64,000 nt of DNA from an uncultured delta proteobacterium (GTDB lineage Bacteria > Myxococcota_A > UBA9160 > UBA6930): positions 64,363 to 128,362 of the forward strand of contig CAVXZE010000021.1 of the NCBI GenBank assembly GCA_963766175.1. The letters are read 5' to 3'. The position numbers and the translations under genes were made by a program. Positions 17,972-27,417 of the stretch are shown one piece after another (positions within the stretch are counted from its first letter, which is position 1; each line of letters begins with the position of its first letter). A model generated the notes under the pieces. The model saw only the letters and a list, made by a program, of their open reading frames with translations, searched no databases and was not told the DNA's origin.

Positions 17972-19412
17972 ATGGACCTTTTTTCGCGGATCGCCAGTTG
18001 GCTGGGCGAGAACGAGGCCACCATCAGCGCGGTGGTGGGGATCACGGTGCTCGCTGGGGTGCTCTTTGCCGGGCTTCGTTCCCTGGTGTGGCGACGCGGA
18101 GAGACCGCCCAGGAGAGGGCTCCCAGCGCAACCGCTACTGAGCCGGCTCCAGCGGCAGAAGCCTCACCCGCCGAACTCGATCCGCTCACCGTCCCCGAGT
18201 TCGAGGGCCGCCCCGCCATCGCTGTGCTCGCGTTCGACAACCTGAGTAGTGATCGCGATCAAGAGTACTTCGCTGACGGGATCGCGGAGGATCTCATCAC
18301 ACGGCTCTCGGCTTGGCGGGAGTTCCCCGTGATCGCCCGCAACTCAAGCTTCACCTACAAGGGCAAACCCGCGGACGTGAAGCAGGTGAGTCGGGGACTC
18401 GGTGTACGTTACGTCGTCGAGGGGAGCGTTCGCAAGGTTGGTGGTCGCGTGCGGATCACCGCACAGCTTATTGATGCGACAACCGGTGGGCACGTTTGGG
18501 CGGAGCGTTATGACCGGGAGCTGGAAGACATCTTCGCCATCCAAGATGAGATCACGACAGCGATCGCTGGCGCGATGGGTGCGAAGCTCGCGGTGACCGA
18601 AGAGGAACGAGTGGCTCAGCAGCCGGCTCAGAGTCTGACCGCGTACGACCTCTTGATGCGCGGAAGGTACTGCTTCTGGCAGGGCTGGTTGGAAGGGAAC
18701 TTCCATGAGATGCAGGCTGAGGCGCGATCGTGCTTCGAGCGAGCGCGAGACCAGTCCCAGATTTGCCGAAGCGTTCGCCTGGCTCGCGATGAGCCACTGG
18801 GCGGCTTGGTTCAGTCAGAGTGACGCTCCTGCCCGATCGCTGACCGAAGCGGAGCGGGCAGCGCGAAGGAGTGTGTCGCTCGACCCGGAGCTGCCAGTCG
18901 CTCACCTCACCCTGAGCATGGTCCATGAGCTCCAGGCCAAGTGCAACGACGCGATCGCGGCCGCTCGCCTCGCGATCGAGTTGGACCCGAGCTTCGCCCG
19001 CGCATACCTGCAAATGGGTTTCTACCTCCCCCAAGTGGGCGAGTCAGACGAAGCGATCGCGATCCTGGATAAGGGGATGCGCCTTAGCCCTCGTGATCCA
19101 TGGTTGTTCGAATTTCTCCGCGCCAAGCACGAAGCCCACTTCGCGGCCCGACGCTATGAAGACGCCGTCGAATGCCTGAAGCAGAGCGTCGCGACAGGTC
19201 GGTCGTTTGGCGGTGCCAACTGGTTAGGCCTCGCGGCAAGCCTCGCTCACCTGGACCGCCTCCAAGAAGCAGAAGCAGCGCTTCACGAGGCACAAAGGCG
19301 ATTTGAAATGAAGGCGACCGTGCGCGATGTCAGGCGAATACTCTACTACAAGAATCCCGAGTTCCTCGAACGCTGGCTCGACGGCCTCCGCAAGGCCGGG
19401 CTCCCCGAGTAG
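17972..19412 (+). pseudogene. TolB-like N-domain + TPR regulatory protein, interrupted by a +1 frameshift near 18735-18750
   Basis: From ATG 17972 the sequence is MDLFSRIASWLGENEATISAVVGITVLAG (TM), then IAVLAFDNLSSDRDQEYFADGIAEDLITRLS...VRYVVEGSVRK. The TPR part (SPRFAEAFAWLAMSHW...DPSFARAYLQMGF...) continues only in the frame of ORF 18705..19412. Confidence 0.75.
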
Positions 19413-19925
19413 CCGATGGCGCAACGCGAACCAGCCCTCGTCACACCCTTCTGGGTACGCATCGCCACCGAGACCTCGCTATCGCCGGGCTGGCTTCTGA
19501 TCGCCTTCGCCGTCGTGCTCTACCCGGCGTACCTGGCGCTGGAAGCACTGTTCGGGCGGGGTTTGGCTGCGGCGACGGAATGTTTTTGGGCGGGTGGACT
19601 CGCGAGCGGTAGCCCTTCTCCGGGTCAACGCGCTGGAGGGGCTCGCAGCGTTCTATCTCAAGGCGGGTGGTATCTCAGCACCTCCCAGGCCGAGAGAATT
19701 TCATGCGGGCCGGATAAACCCCGCGAGCAGGAGCGCAGAATCGAAATCTCGGGCGGTCTCGACGTGGCCGAAAGCGCTGCTCATTCTGAGAGGAACGATG
19801 TGGCCCGATATGAGAAACGCCCCGACCGCGAGTGGGCCGGAGCGTTTCGGTGTGTCCGTGGGCGTCGTCTTCAATCGAAGCGGGAGCCGTCGCCGTGTTG
19901 CTGCAAGCCCCGCTAATCGTTCCTT

Positions 19926-20027
19926 TTCGCCAAGCTCACCGCCTTCCTCTGCAGCGATGACGCTCGCAACATCACCGGCCGAGTCATCGCCCTCGATGGC
20001 GGTAGCACACTGCGCGGCGGCGACTGA
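19926..20027 (+). pseudogene. 3' remnant (about 33 codons) of a short-chain dehydrogenase/reductase gene
   Basis: The frame reads FAKLTAFLCSDDARNITGRVIALDGGSTLRGGD-stop. This is the canonical SDR C-terminal tail (FL.SD.A..ITG..I..DGG). No SDR body is present upstream, and an in-frame TAA lies at 19914. Confidence 0.55.
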
Positions 20028-20100
20028 GCGCAACCCGCCCAACGCCCTCTCGCAGCGAGCGAGGGGGCGTCCTGGTCAGATCATGGACGGGCGCGGCGAG

Positions 20101-20496
20101 TCAGGGAGTGAGATCCACTGCCACCGAGTTGGAGAGGATGCGCATGCCTGCCGCCTCGAAGTCGGCGACGAGTTGCTGCCAGTCAGGCGTGAAAAAGAGC
20201 TTCTCGTTTGACTGCACCATCGAGGTCATGCTCGGGTACTCCGTCGCCACCGCCACCCCGCCCGTGTTGGGTCCGGCGAGCGTGGAGACCCAAAGGCGGC
20301 TTTCGCCGGTGCTCCCGTACTTCTCGAGGATCACCATGGCGCGCTTGTAGAACTCCAGGAACTTCGGCATGTCCCCGCCGATGTCGTAGGTGACGACGTT
20401 GATGACCTTGGGCGGCGTCTGAGCCATGGATGAGCTGGGCACCAGGGTGAATGCGAAGACGAACGCCAGGCCGATCAGGAGGGAAGTGAATCGCAT
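20101..20496 (-). CDS. Small secreted hypothetical protein
   Basis: The start is taken at ATG 20496, preceded by GAAAGGAGAC. The signal peptide is MRFTSLLIGLAFVFAFTLVPSSSMAQ. The protein is 131 aa. The longer 193-aa ORF in the track has an implausible N-terminus. Confidence 0.7.
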   Translation of the reverse strand: MRFTSLLIGLAFVFAFTLVPSSSMAQTPPKVINVVTYDIGGDMPKFLEFYKRAMVILEKYGSTGESRLWVSTLAGPNTGGVAVATEYPSMTSMVQSNEKLFFTPDWQQLVADFEAAGMRILSNSVAVDLTP

Positions 20497-20629
20497 GGAT
20501 GTCTCCTTTCCCCCCACCTCGATCCTGATTACGCTCCCCCATCGAGACCGTGTCAACACCCATTCGGGTTGTATTGTGAGTCTGAGGGGTTGCCCTATCT
20601 GCGCTCCTGGCAAAGGGTTTCCCGCGAAC

Positions 20630-20645
20630 ACGGAAGGATGTTTCC
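20630..20645 (+). repeat. Copy 1 of the 16-nt motif ACGGAAGGATGTTTCC (SD-like), followed by a GTG mini-ORF
   Basis: The 16 nt are identical at 20630-20645 and 20872-20887. Here the motif is followed by GTG and a 14-codon ORF (VSDSDPTRMWYTLK-stop, 20646-20690). Confidence 0.6.
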
Positions 20646-20871
20646 GTGAGTGATAGTGACCCCACCCGAATGTGGTATACACTAAAATGAGACGAAGAGC
20701 CTCGACTAGACAGCTCTCATCCGACGCGAAACCGGGCTTGATCCGCCCACCGACAGCGGCGAGGGATCACTGGCACTTCGTGGTCCTTGCTTCTGTACCT
20801 GGCGGCGCCCTGGCGTCGAGTCCCCTTTCTCGTAAACCGCGTGATTTTCCACCCTCCGACAGCCACCGAGA

Positions 20872-20887
20872 ACGGAAGGATGTTTCC
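20872..20887 (+). repeat. Copy 2 of ACGGAAGGATGTTTCC, immediately upstream of the ATG of the 20888 gene
   Basis: Same 16-mer as at 20630. It directly abuts start codon ATG 20888. Confidence 0.6.
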
Positions 20888-21388
20888 ATGGGTTCGAGAG
20901 TCGCTTGGTCAAGTATCGTAATCCTATTGGTGCTTGCGTTGGCGCAGTCAGGCCCCGCGCGTGCACAGTCGGCTTCTGGGGTATGGGACATGGTGATCAC
21001 CGCAAGAGGCAAGGGCGCTGGGGGCAAGGCGAGCTTTTCCGGCACCGGAACGCTGACGCTCGATCCCGATCGGACCTATGCGCTTGAGACCGATGGAGAT
21101 CCCCTAATAGAAGAAGGGGTGTGGTTCCAAGATGGAAAACACGTCAACCTCTTTGCCACGAATATCCTGGAGATGGTCATAGCGCTGGAGGCTGAGGTGT
21201 CGGCTCAGGTTGGAGAGCCCGTCGAGGTCATTCCTTTGAAGTCGAACACCAAGTGCGCCCTCAACCCGAACACGGGGCTTCTTTCGGTCAAGACCAAACA
21301 GTCGGTCAAGGTAATCGGCCTAACGTCGGGCACTACCATCAAGCTCGGTGTCACCACCAAGGCCACCGGAACACGGGCTGTTCCTTAG
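20888..21388 (+). CDS. Secreted hypothetical protein, probably the body of a decayed PEP-CTERM protein
   Basis: From ATG 20888 the signal peptide is MGSRVAWSSIVILLVLALAQSGPARAQ. The protein is 166 aa and Thr/Gly/Val-rich. A PEP-CTERM-like tail lies 53 nt downstream in another frame. Confidence 0.7.
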   Translation: MGSRVAWSSIVILLVLALAQSGPARAQSASGVWDMVITARGKGAGGKASFSGTGTLTLDPDRTYALETDGDPLIEEGVWFQDGKHVNLFATNILEMVIALEAEVSAQVGEPVEVIPLKSNTKCALNPNTGLLSVKTKQSVKVIGLTSGTTIKLGVTTKATGTRAVP

Positions 21389-21440
21389 AAGCCCTACGCA
21401 AGACGGGCGACATACAGCTGGCAGAGGGTTCTGCGCCGCG

Positions 21441-21515
21441 ATGATCCCCGAACCCACCACCCCCGTCCTCCTCGCCACCGGCCTAGCAGGGCTCGCAGCA
21501 GCAAGGCGGTGGCGC
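21441..21515 (+). other. Out-of-frame PEP-CTERM-like sorting tail relic
   Basis: The frame of ORF 21348.. reads MIPEPTTPVLLATGLAGLAAARRWR, i.e. PEP motif + hydrophobic helix + Arg cluster. It is +1 relative to the 20888 CDS, and no stop follows the Arg cluster. Confidence 0.45.
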
Positions 21516-21687
21516 TCACTTCACTGTTACTGCTTCTTCGTTTCCCTGAAATCCGCCATGACTCGAACCAGATCGGCTTCTTCTAGAGAGTTCCAAAGGG
21601 CCCGGGGGCGCGTCTGCGTCGCCACAGGCGAGCGAAGCCTGGGGCGGGGTGATGCGAGCCTTCGCCCTCCGCGGCAGACAACTCGAA

Positions 21688-22614
21688 TCAGCGGAGCTCG
21701 TCTCCTCGGAGGGCCCGAAAGGCAGCGCCTACCACCCCGGCGTCGTTCCCGAGCTCCGCTCTGGAGAACTGGAACCGCTGTCCCCAGGCAGTTTCTGCCA
21801 GACGAACCTTTTCGCGCAGCGCCGGAACGAAGAACTCGAATTGGTGCTCCATCAGTCCGCCGCCGAAGACGACCATCTGTGGCACGAAGGTGTGCAGAAT
21901 CGTCCAGAAGGCGGAAGCGACGGCCAGGGCGGCGCGTTCGACCAGCAACGAGGCGCTCTGGTCCCCCGCGCCGGCTCTCTCGAAGACCTCTGCGGCGTCT
22001 CCGAATCCCTCGGTCTGCCCCGCCTTCGCGAGCGCGGTGCCGGAGGCCAGACTCTCCAGGCATCCCCGCATTCCGCAGTAGCACTCCGGACCCTCCGGGT
22101 CGACGGGGATGTGGCCGATCTCCGGGTGCTCGCCATTCATGCCCCGGTAGACTCGCCCTCCGACCAGGGCTCCCCCACCCACGCCGGTTCCGAATGTCAG
22201 CATCACGACTTCCCGAAGCGAACGGGCGGAGCCCGCACACGCCTCACCGAGCACGGCGGCGTCGGCATCGTTCTCGAGATGGGCGGGTACGCGGAATCTC
22301 TCTCCCAGGACGCGCACGGGGTTCGCACCTTCCCATCCGGGCAAGGTGAATGGGTTGTGGATGGTGCCTGTCACGGGGTTCACGGGTCCGGCGCACCCGA
22401 TTCCCAGGCCGACCAGCTCTTCTCGCCTGCACCCCGCGGCCTCCAGGAGTTCGTCGATCGCGCGTGCGATCTTCTCCATGGCCTCCAGGAAACCTCTTTC
22501 CGGCTCGGTCGGGAAGACCCGCCGCCGCTCGAGGCGGCCGGATTCACGAACCACGCCGACGGAGATCGTGGTTCCTCCGATATCGACTCCGATCGCCACC
22601 GCCTCGCGCATCAA
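21688..22614 (-). CDS. ROK-family sugar kinase (glucokinase / N-acetylglucosamine kinase-like)
   Basis: 308 aa. It has the ATP motif VDIGGTT, ENDADAAVLGE and the ROK zinc motif GHIPV...CYCGMRGCLE. Confidence 0.9.
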   Translation of the reverse strand: MMREAVAIGVDIGGTTISVGVVRESGRLERRRVFPTEPERGFLEAMEKIARAIDELLEAAGCRREELVGLGIGCAGPVNPVTGTIHNPFTLPGWEGANPVRVLGERFRVPAHLENDADAAVLGEACAGSARSLREVVMLTFGTGVGGGALVGGRVYRGMNGEHPEIGHIPVDPEGPECYCGMRGCLESLASGTALAKAGQTEGFGDAAEVFERAGAGDQSASLLVERAALAVASAFWTILHTFVPQMVVFGGGLMEHQFEFFVPALREKVRLAETAWGQRFQFSRAELGNDAGVVGAAFRALRGDELR

Positions 22615-22646
22615 ACGTGACCGTCACCCGCACCCGAAGCCCGCAT

Positions 22647-23468
22647 CTAGTGGACCTCGGCGTCGCTCGACATCCTCTCGAGCAGCTGGCTGGTGATCTC
22701 CCCTACCACATCGAGATGCCCCGGACCACACCGGACCGCGTGAAACGCCTCGGCAAGATCGATCTGGTACCTCTGTCCGATCCCGGACGCCATGGTCCGG
22801 ATCAGGTCGTGAACCCCCGCGGCCAACTGCTGCTTCTCATCCGCGGTCAAGCTCAGAGGATCCGCATCCGTAAGAAACCAATCGGCCAGCATTTCGACCT
22901 GGGACTGGTGACAGAGGATGCTCTGGACCTTCTTCTCGAAGGTGTGTCCAATGTCCACGATCCGATTCGGCGCTCGCTCCGTCGGCATCATGTACCAGAC
23001 CTCCTCGGGCTGGTGAGGGTCCAGCCCCGCTTCGATCTGGTTCGGGAAATACAGTGGGAAGCAGGTGAACACCGCAACCTCCGAAGCGATCCTTCCGACG
23101 GTGATGTGGTCGGGATGGATCTCGTAGCTCAGCCAGGGATCCAAGGTGACGATTCGGTCTGCTCGGAGCTTGCGCACCCAGAAGGCGAGCTTCTCCTTCA
23201 GTTCCTCGCCATGACTGCGGAGCGACCCGTCGGGGAACCAGAAGCCGACCGGTTCGTGTCCACCGATCACCTCCATCGCCCGGGTGAGCTCGCCCCTGCG
23301 TCGCTCGGCGACCTCGGCCCGGGTTCGGCCGATGATCTTGGTTCCCATGCTCCCGTCGGTCGCGGAAATCGCGTACACCTGATGGCCTTCCTCGGCCCAC
23401 TTGGCCATACTCCCGCTCGCGAGGAACTCGGCATCGTCGGGATGTGCGTATACCGCGAGTATGTTCAT
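22647..23468 (-). CDS. PIG-L / LmbE-family deacetylase
   Basis: The start is at ATG 23468, preceded by AGGGAGAAGG. The N-terminus MNILAVYAHPDDAEF carries the AHPDD motif. The protein is 273 aa. The upstream part of the 378-aa track ORF is Pro/Arg junk. Confidence 0.85.
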   Translation of the reverse strand: MNILAVYAHPDDAEFLASGSMAKWAEEGHQVYAISATDGSMGTKIIGRTRAEVAERRRGELTRAMEVIGGHEPVGFWFPDGSLRSHGEELKEKLAFWVRKLRADRIVTLDPWLSYEIHPDHITVGRIASEVAVFTCFPLYFPNQIEAGLDPHQPEEVWYMMPTERAPNRIVDIGHTFEKKVQSILCHQSQVEMLADWFLTDADPLSLTADEKQQLAAGVHDLIRTMASGIGQRYQIDLAEAFHAVRCGPGHLDVVGEITSQLLERMSSDAEVH

Positions 23469-23551
23469 GGCCTTCTCCCTTCTGCACGGAGCTTCGCCGC
23501 GATATCGGGCGCGATCCGGCGCCCCTATCTTACCCTTCTCGTGGCTTCGGC

Positions 23552-24379
23552 ATGCCCCGTAGCCGGCTTCGGTTCGGAGCGGGTGAGCGGGGGGTTCCGG
23601 TGGCAGCCTTTCCCGATGCCGAAGCTCTGGGAGAGGCGCTCGCTCGGGAAATCCTGGAGGAGGCCGAGACGGCGCACGAGGAGGGGCGGAGCTACCTGCT
23701 GGGCTGTCCGGCGGGGCGAAGCCTTCGCAGCACCTATGCGGCCCTTGCAGATCTCGCGGCCGCACGGGGCGCCGACCTCTCACAGTTCGTCGCTGCGATG
23801 ATGGACGAGTACCTCGTCCCGGGTACGGGGGGTCCGAAGCTGTGTCCTGCCGATGCGCACTACAGCTGCCGAGGATACGGCCGTCGGGAGATTCTCGGGC
23901 GAATCAACCAGGGCCTGCCTCCGGACCGGCGGATCCCGCCGGAGAACCTCTGGTTCCCCGAGCCCGACGAACCGATGGCGTACGAAGCGCGTCTCCATGC
24001 CGCCGGCGGCATCGATCTCTTTCTGGTGGCGGCGGGCGCGTCGGACGGTCACGTCGCCTTCAATCCGGTCGGGACCACCCTCGCCACGCGAACCCGGGTG
24101 ATCCAGCTCAGCGCCGCCACCCGCTGCGACAACCTGGAGACCTTTCCGGACTTCGAGGCTCTGGATGAGGTACCGACGCTCGGCGTGAGCGTGGGGCTGG
24201 GCACGATCGTCGAACAGTCCCGCCGCGTGGTCCTGGTGATGACGGGAGCGGAGAAACGCGCTGCGGTGTCTCGTCTCCGTCGCTGCACCGACTTCACCTC
24301 CGACTGGCCGGCCAGCTTCATCTACCGCTGTCCGAACCCCGCGGTTCTCGTGGATCGGTTCGCGAGCCCCGCCGCGTAG
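23552..24379 (+). CDS. Glucosamine-6-phosphate deaminase / 6-phosphogluconolactonase (NagB/SugarP_isomerase) family protein
   Basis: Family-like segments include FPDAEALGEALAREIL, LLGCPAGRSLRSTY and DLFLVAAGASDGHVAFNP. The start is uncertain (ATG 23552 or GTG 23600). Confidence 0.75.
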   Translation: MPRSRLRFGAGERGVPVAAFPDAEALGEALAREILEEAETAHEEGRSYLLGCPAGRSLRSTYAALADLAAARGADLSQFVAAMMDEYLVPGTGGPKLCPADAHYSCRGYGRREILGRINQGLPPDRRIPPENLWFPEPDEPMAYEARLHAAGGIDLFLVAAGASDGHVAFNPVGTTLATRTRVIQLSAATRCDNLETFPDFEALDEVPTLGVSVGLGTIVEQSRRVVLVMTGAEKRAAVSRLRRCTDFTSDWPASFIYRCPNPAVLVDRFASPAA

Positions 24380-24388
24380 CGGGCCTCC

Positions 24389-25633
24389 ATGTTCCCCCCC
24401 GACGCTCCTCCCGATGCCCCCGTGCCGGCCTCCCCTTCCATCTCGATCCCGCGCGCCTATCGCGATTTCACCTTCGGGACCGGGTTGTGGTTCGGCGGTT
24501 GGGGGATGCTGCAGGTGCTGTTCTCGTGGCTCGTCGTCGGAGAGCTGCGGGCGCGCGAAGAGCTGGTGGGCATCGCACAGATGGCGCTGATGTTTCCGGC
24601 ACTCTTCTTCCTGCTGATCGGTGGCGCCATCGCCGACCGGGTCGACCGCCGGCGCCTGCTGGTGTGCTTGCAGCTTGCGGCGGGCAGTCTGGCCGCGGCG
24701 CTGGCAGCGGCCGTCTGGGCCGGAGCGCTCAGGTTCTCGCTGGTGATTGCCTTTGCGGTCACAATGGGAACGGTCTCAGCGCTCGCCTTCCCGGCGCGCG
24801 ACGCGCTGCTCTACGACGTCGCCGGCAAGAACCTGATGCGGGCGGTCACCGGAATCACACTGATCCAATTCATCGGACAGGGGATCGGCCAGCTGCTGGC
24901 GGGCTCGGCACGGTACCTGGGGAGCGCAACGGCCCTGACAGTCGAGAGCCTGCTCTTCCTGGTCGGAGCCCTGGGGTTCGCTCGAATCCCGCGCAGCGCC
25001 TCCTCTCGAGCCCGCCGCGCCGAGCGGATCCGACCATCGGAGCTCCTCGAGGGGATCCGCGAGGTGGTGCGGTCGCCCGTTCTGCGTCCTGCCTGGCTGC
25101 TGACGATGGGGGTCGGCCTGTTCTTCGCAGGGCCCTACTTCGTGGTCTTCCCGCTCTTGAACCGCGAATACTTCGGCGGTGACGTCGGCGATCTGAGCCT
25201 GATCTACATGACCTTCCCGGCCGGGTCGATCCTGGGACTGATCCTGCTGTGGCGCCGCGGCCATGTGCGACGCCCGGGCCGGGCGATCGTGCTTGCGCAG
25301 GCAACGGCCGCCCTCAGCCTTCTCCTCATCTCCGCCGGAATCCCCTTCGCCGCGACGCTCCTGGCGGGCACGATCTGGGGGGGTTGCGGTGCATTCTTCA
25401 TCAGCACTACTCGGACCGCCTTCCAGGAGATCGCCAGCGACGCGCACCGGGCGCGGGTGCTTTCGGTCCAGATGCTGGGCGTGATGGGGGCCAGCACGGT
25501 GGGCTCACCGCTCGCGGGCTTCCTCGCGGGCCAACTGGGGGCGCTCGGCACCTTCACCTTCTGTGGGATCGCGATGCTGGTCTTCGTGGCGCTCGTCTGC
25601 CTCTTCACCGACATCTGGGCCTACGAGTCGTGA
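24389..25633 (+). CDS. MFS transporter
   Basis: 414 aa with about 12 hydrophobic helices and the MFS loop motif GGAIADRVDRRRLL. Confidence 0.85.
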   Translation: MFPPDAPPDAPVPASPSISIPRAYRDFTFGTGLWFGGWGMLQVLFSWLVVGELRAREELVGIAQMALMFPALFFLLIGGAIADRVDRRRLLVCLQLAAGSLAAALAAAVWAGALRFSLVIAFAVTMGTVSALAFPARDALLYDVAGKNLMRAVTGITLIQFIGQGIGQLLAGSARYLGSATALTVESLLFLVGALGFARIPRSASSRARRAERIRPSELLEGIREVVRSPVLRPAWLLTMGVGLFFAGPYFVVFPLLNREYFGGDVGDLSLIYMTFPAGSILGLILLWRRGHVRRPGRAIVLAQATAALSLLLISAGIPFAATLLAGTIWGGCGAFFISTTRTAFQEIASDAHRARVLSVQMLGVMGASTVGSPLAGFLAGQLGALGTFTFCGIAMLVFVALVCLFTDIWAYES

Positions 25634-25939
25634 TCAGTCCAGCGTGCAGGCGGAGCCTCCGTCGTAGCGGGCGGTGCGTTCGGCGACGAACGAGATCCAG
25701 GCGCGGACCGCTTTCTCTTCCTCGAGGAGCTCTGCATCGACCTGCGCCACCACGTCTTCCATCTCGACCAGGCAACGCGCGAGGCTGCGCTCGCTGACGT
25801 AGACACACAGGCAGGCCCGCCTGGCCACGTACTCCGTGGCGGCTCCCGCCTGGTACAGGATGGGCCGCACCGAGTGGTAGGCCACTCCCACGACCAGCAG
25901 CAGCAGGACGATTGCGATCCACTTCCAGCGTCCAGCCAT
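25634..25939 (-). CDS. Small membrane-anchored hypothetical protein
   Basis: The start is at ATG 25939, 14 nt after the amine-oxidase stop and with GAGG upstream. The N-terminus MAGRWKWIAIVLLLLVVGVAY forms a TM helix followed by a ~75-aa soluble part with 4 Cys. Confidence 0.5.
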   Translation of the reverse strand: MAGRWKWIAIVLLLLVVGVAYHSVRPILYQAGAATEYVARRACLCVYVSERSLARCLVEMEDVVAQVDAELLEEEKAVRAWISFVAERTARYDGGSACTLD

Positions 25940-25953
25940 CGCTTCGCTACCTC

Positions 25954-27417
25954 TCAACCCAGCGCCGCAGCGACTTCGCGGCCCGCGCGAAGGCCGCTCT
26001 CGATGGCGCCATCGATGAATCCCCGCCACCCGTTGGCGTTGTCACCGCTCGCGTAGAAGACCCTTCCCTCCGGTCGCTGCAGCTCCCGCAGGTATCGGGT
26101 GAGCTGACCCGGCCGGAAGACGCACCAGGTGCCGCGCGCGTAGGAATCGGCATTCCAGTCGTAGCCGACCGCCCACTCGACCTCCGCCCCGGGGAGGAGC
26201 CGACGCACGGCGTTCTGGATCGCCTCGTCGTCGTTGATGTCGATCAGCTTGCCACTGGGTCCGAAGGCGGTGAAGACGGTCCCATCCGCGTCCGAGAACT
26301 CGGTCATGAGCGAGCTCAGCGGGGCCGGCCACGGCGCAACCCCGCTGAAGCCCCCGAGCTGGCCCCGGACCCTGATGTGGAGCTTCACGCCACTCCCGGC
26401 GTGACCCTCCGTGGCGGCAGCCCGCTTCTCCGAGGAGAGGGGAGGCGAGAACTCGATCTGGTTCAGGACGTTCAACGGGGAGGTGACCACGACGGCCCGG
26501 GCCGAGACCGTCTCCCCACCGTCGGTGGTGACGACCACCTGATCGCCATCCTGTCGGACGGACTTCACCGGGGTGGAGAGGCGAAGCTCGGGCCGCCCGT
26601 CGGCGAGGATCCCCTCGATCAGCGTCTTGGTGCCGCCGCGGAGCCAGTAGCGGCCGACCGAGTCCATGTACGCCAGAAGGGTCGCGCCGGGCAGGGTGTA
26701 CCAGCGAAGCATCTCGAGCATGGCCGCCTCCGATGGATCGCAGTGGCAGGAGGTGGCGAAGATGGCGTCCAGGACGTCCCGCTGATCTTCTGGAAGACGC
26801 AGCCCGTCGAGGCGACCCGCGACCGACTGGTGATCCACCTCCGCGACGCCGGGCACGAAGAGCTGATCGTGGGGGCGTGGCATGAGCTGCATCGCGTCGA
26901 AGAAGAAGGCCCCGGCGCCACGGAAGCCCAGCAGGGAAAGATCGTCGAGGGATCCCTCCCGAAGCTCGCCAGAGGTCACCCAGGCAGCCCGCGGTGGTGC
27001 CGTGAGCGCGGGCTCCTCGATCTCGAGCCCGTAGCGGGTGATCTCGGCCCAGACGTGCGGCTGGGTCCAGTGGACGAAGGCGCCTCCCAGCTCGACCTGG
27101 TGCCCTCCGACCTCCGAGGTGAAGGTCCGTCCGCCGATGCGCGGACGCGCCTCGAGGAGCAGCACGCGAAGCCCGCTCGTGCGCAGCTCCCGGGCGGCCG
27201 TCACACCGGCGAACCCGGCCCCCAGGACGATCGCGTCGTAGTCGGGGGAAGGACCGGATCCTCCCGCACGAGGCTTCTCTTCCGCTTCCGGATCCGCACC
27301 GGAGGCGGCCTTCCCGCCCGCGAGTCCGGTCGCGGCCAGCGCTCCGAGACCGGTGTTGCGAACGAACTGCCGCCGCGTCCAGCGTCCGCGGCTCGAGTCT
27401 GTCTTCCGATCAGTCAC
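25954..27417 (-). CDS. Tat-exported flavin-containing amine oxidase family protein
   Basis: GTG 27417 overlaps the cytochrome c stop (ccaGTGACTGA). The twin-arginine leader is [22 protein letters not shown]. The FAD fingerprint is [37 protein letters not shown]. Confidence 0.85.
   Translation of the reverse strand: MTDRKTDSSRGRWTRRQFVRNTGLGALAATGLAGGKAASGADPEAEEKPRAGGSGPSPDYDAIVLGAGFAGVTAARELRTSGLRVLLLEARPRIGGRTFTSEVGGHQVELGGAFVHWTQPHVWAEITRYGLEIEEPALTAPPRAAWVTSGELREGSLDDLSLLGFRGAGAFFFDAMQLMPRPHDQLFVPGVAEVDHQSVAGRLDGLRLPEDQRDVLDAIFATSCHCDPSEAAMLEMLRWYTLPGATLLAYMDSVGRYWLRGGTKTLIEGILADGRPELRLSTPVKSVRQDGDQVVVTTDGGETVSARAVVVTSPLNVLNQIEFSPPLSSEKRAAATEGHAGSGVKLHIRVRGQLGGFSGVAPWPAPLSSLMTEFSDADGTVFTAFGPSGKLIDINDDEAIQNAVRRLLPGAEVEWAVGYDWNADSYARGTWCVFRPGQLTRYLRELQRPEGRVFYASGDNANGWRGFIDGAIESGLRAGREVAAALG

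Noticed and set aside
19416-19916. A 166-aa ORF directly after the TPR gene. Its first ~45 aa look membrane-like.
   Set aside because: The remainder is low-complexity and Arg/Gly/Ser-rich, with no recognisable family. I treated it as part of the decayed region.
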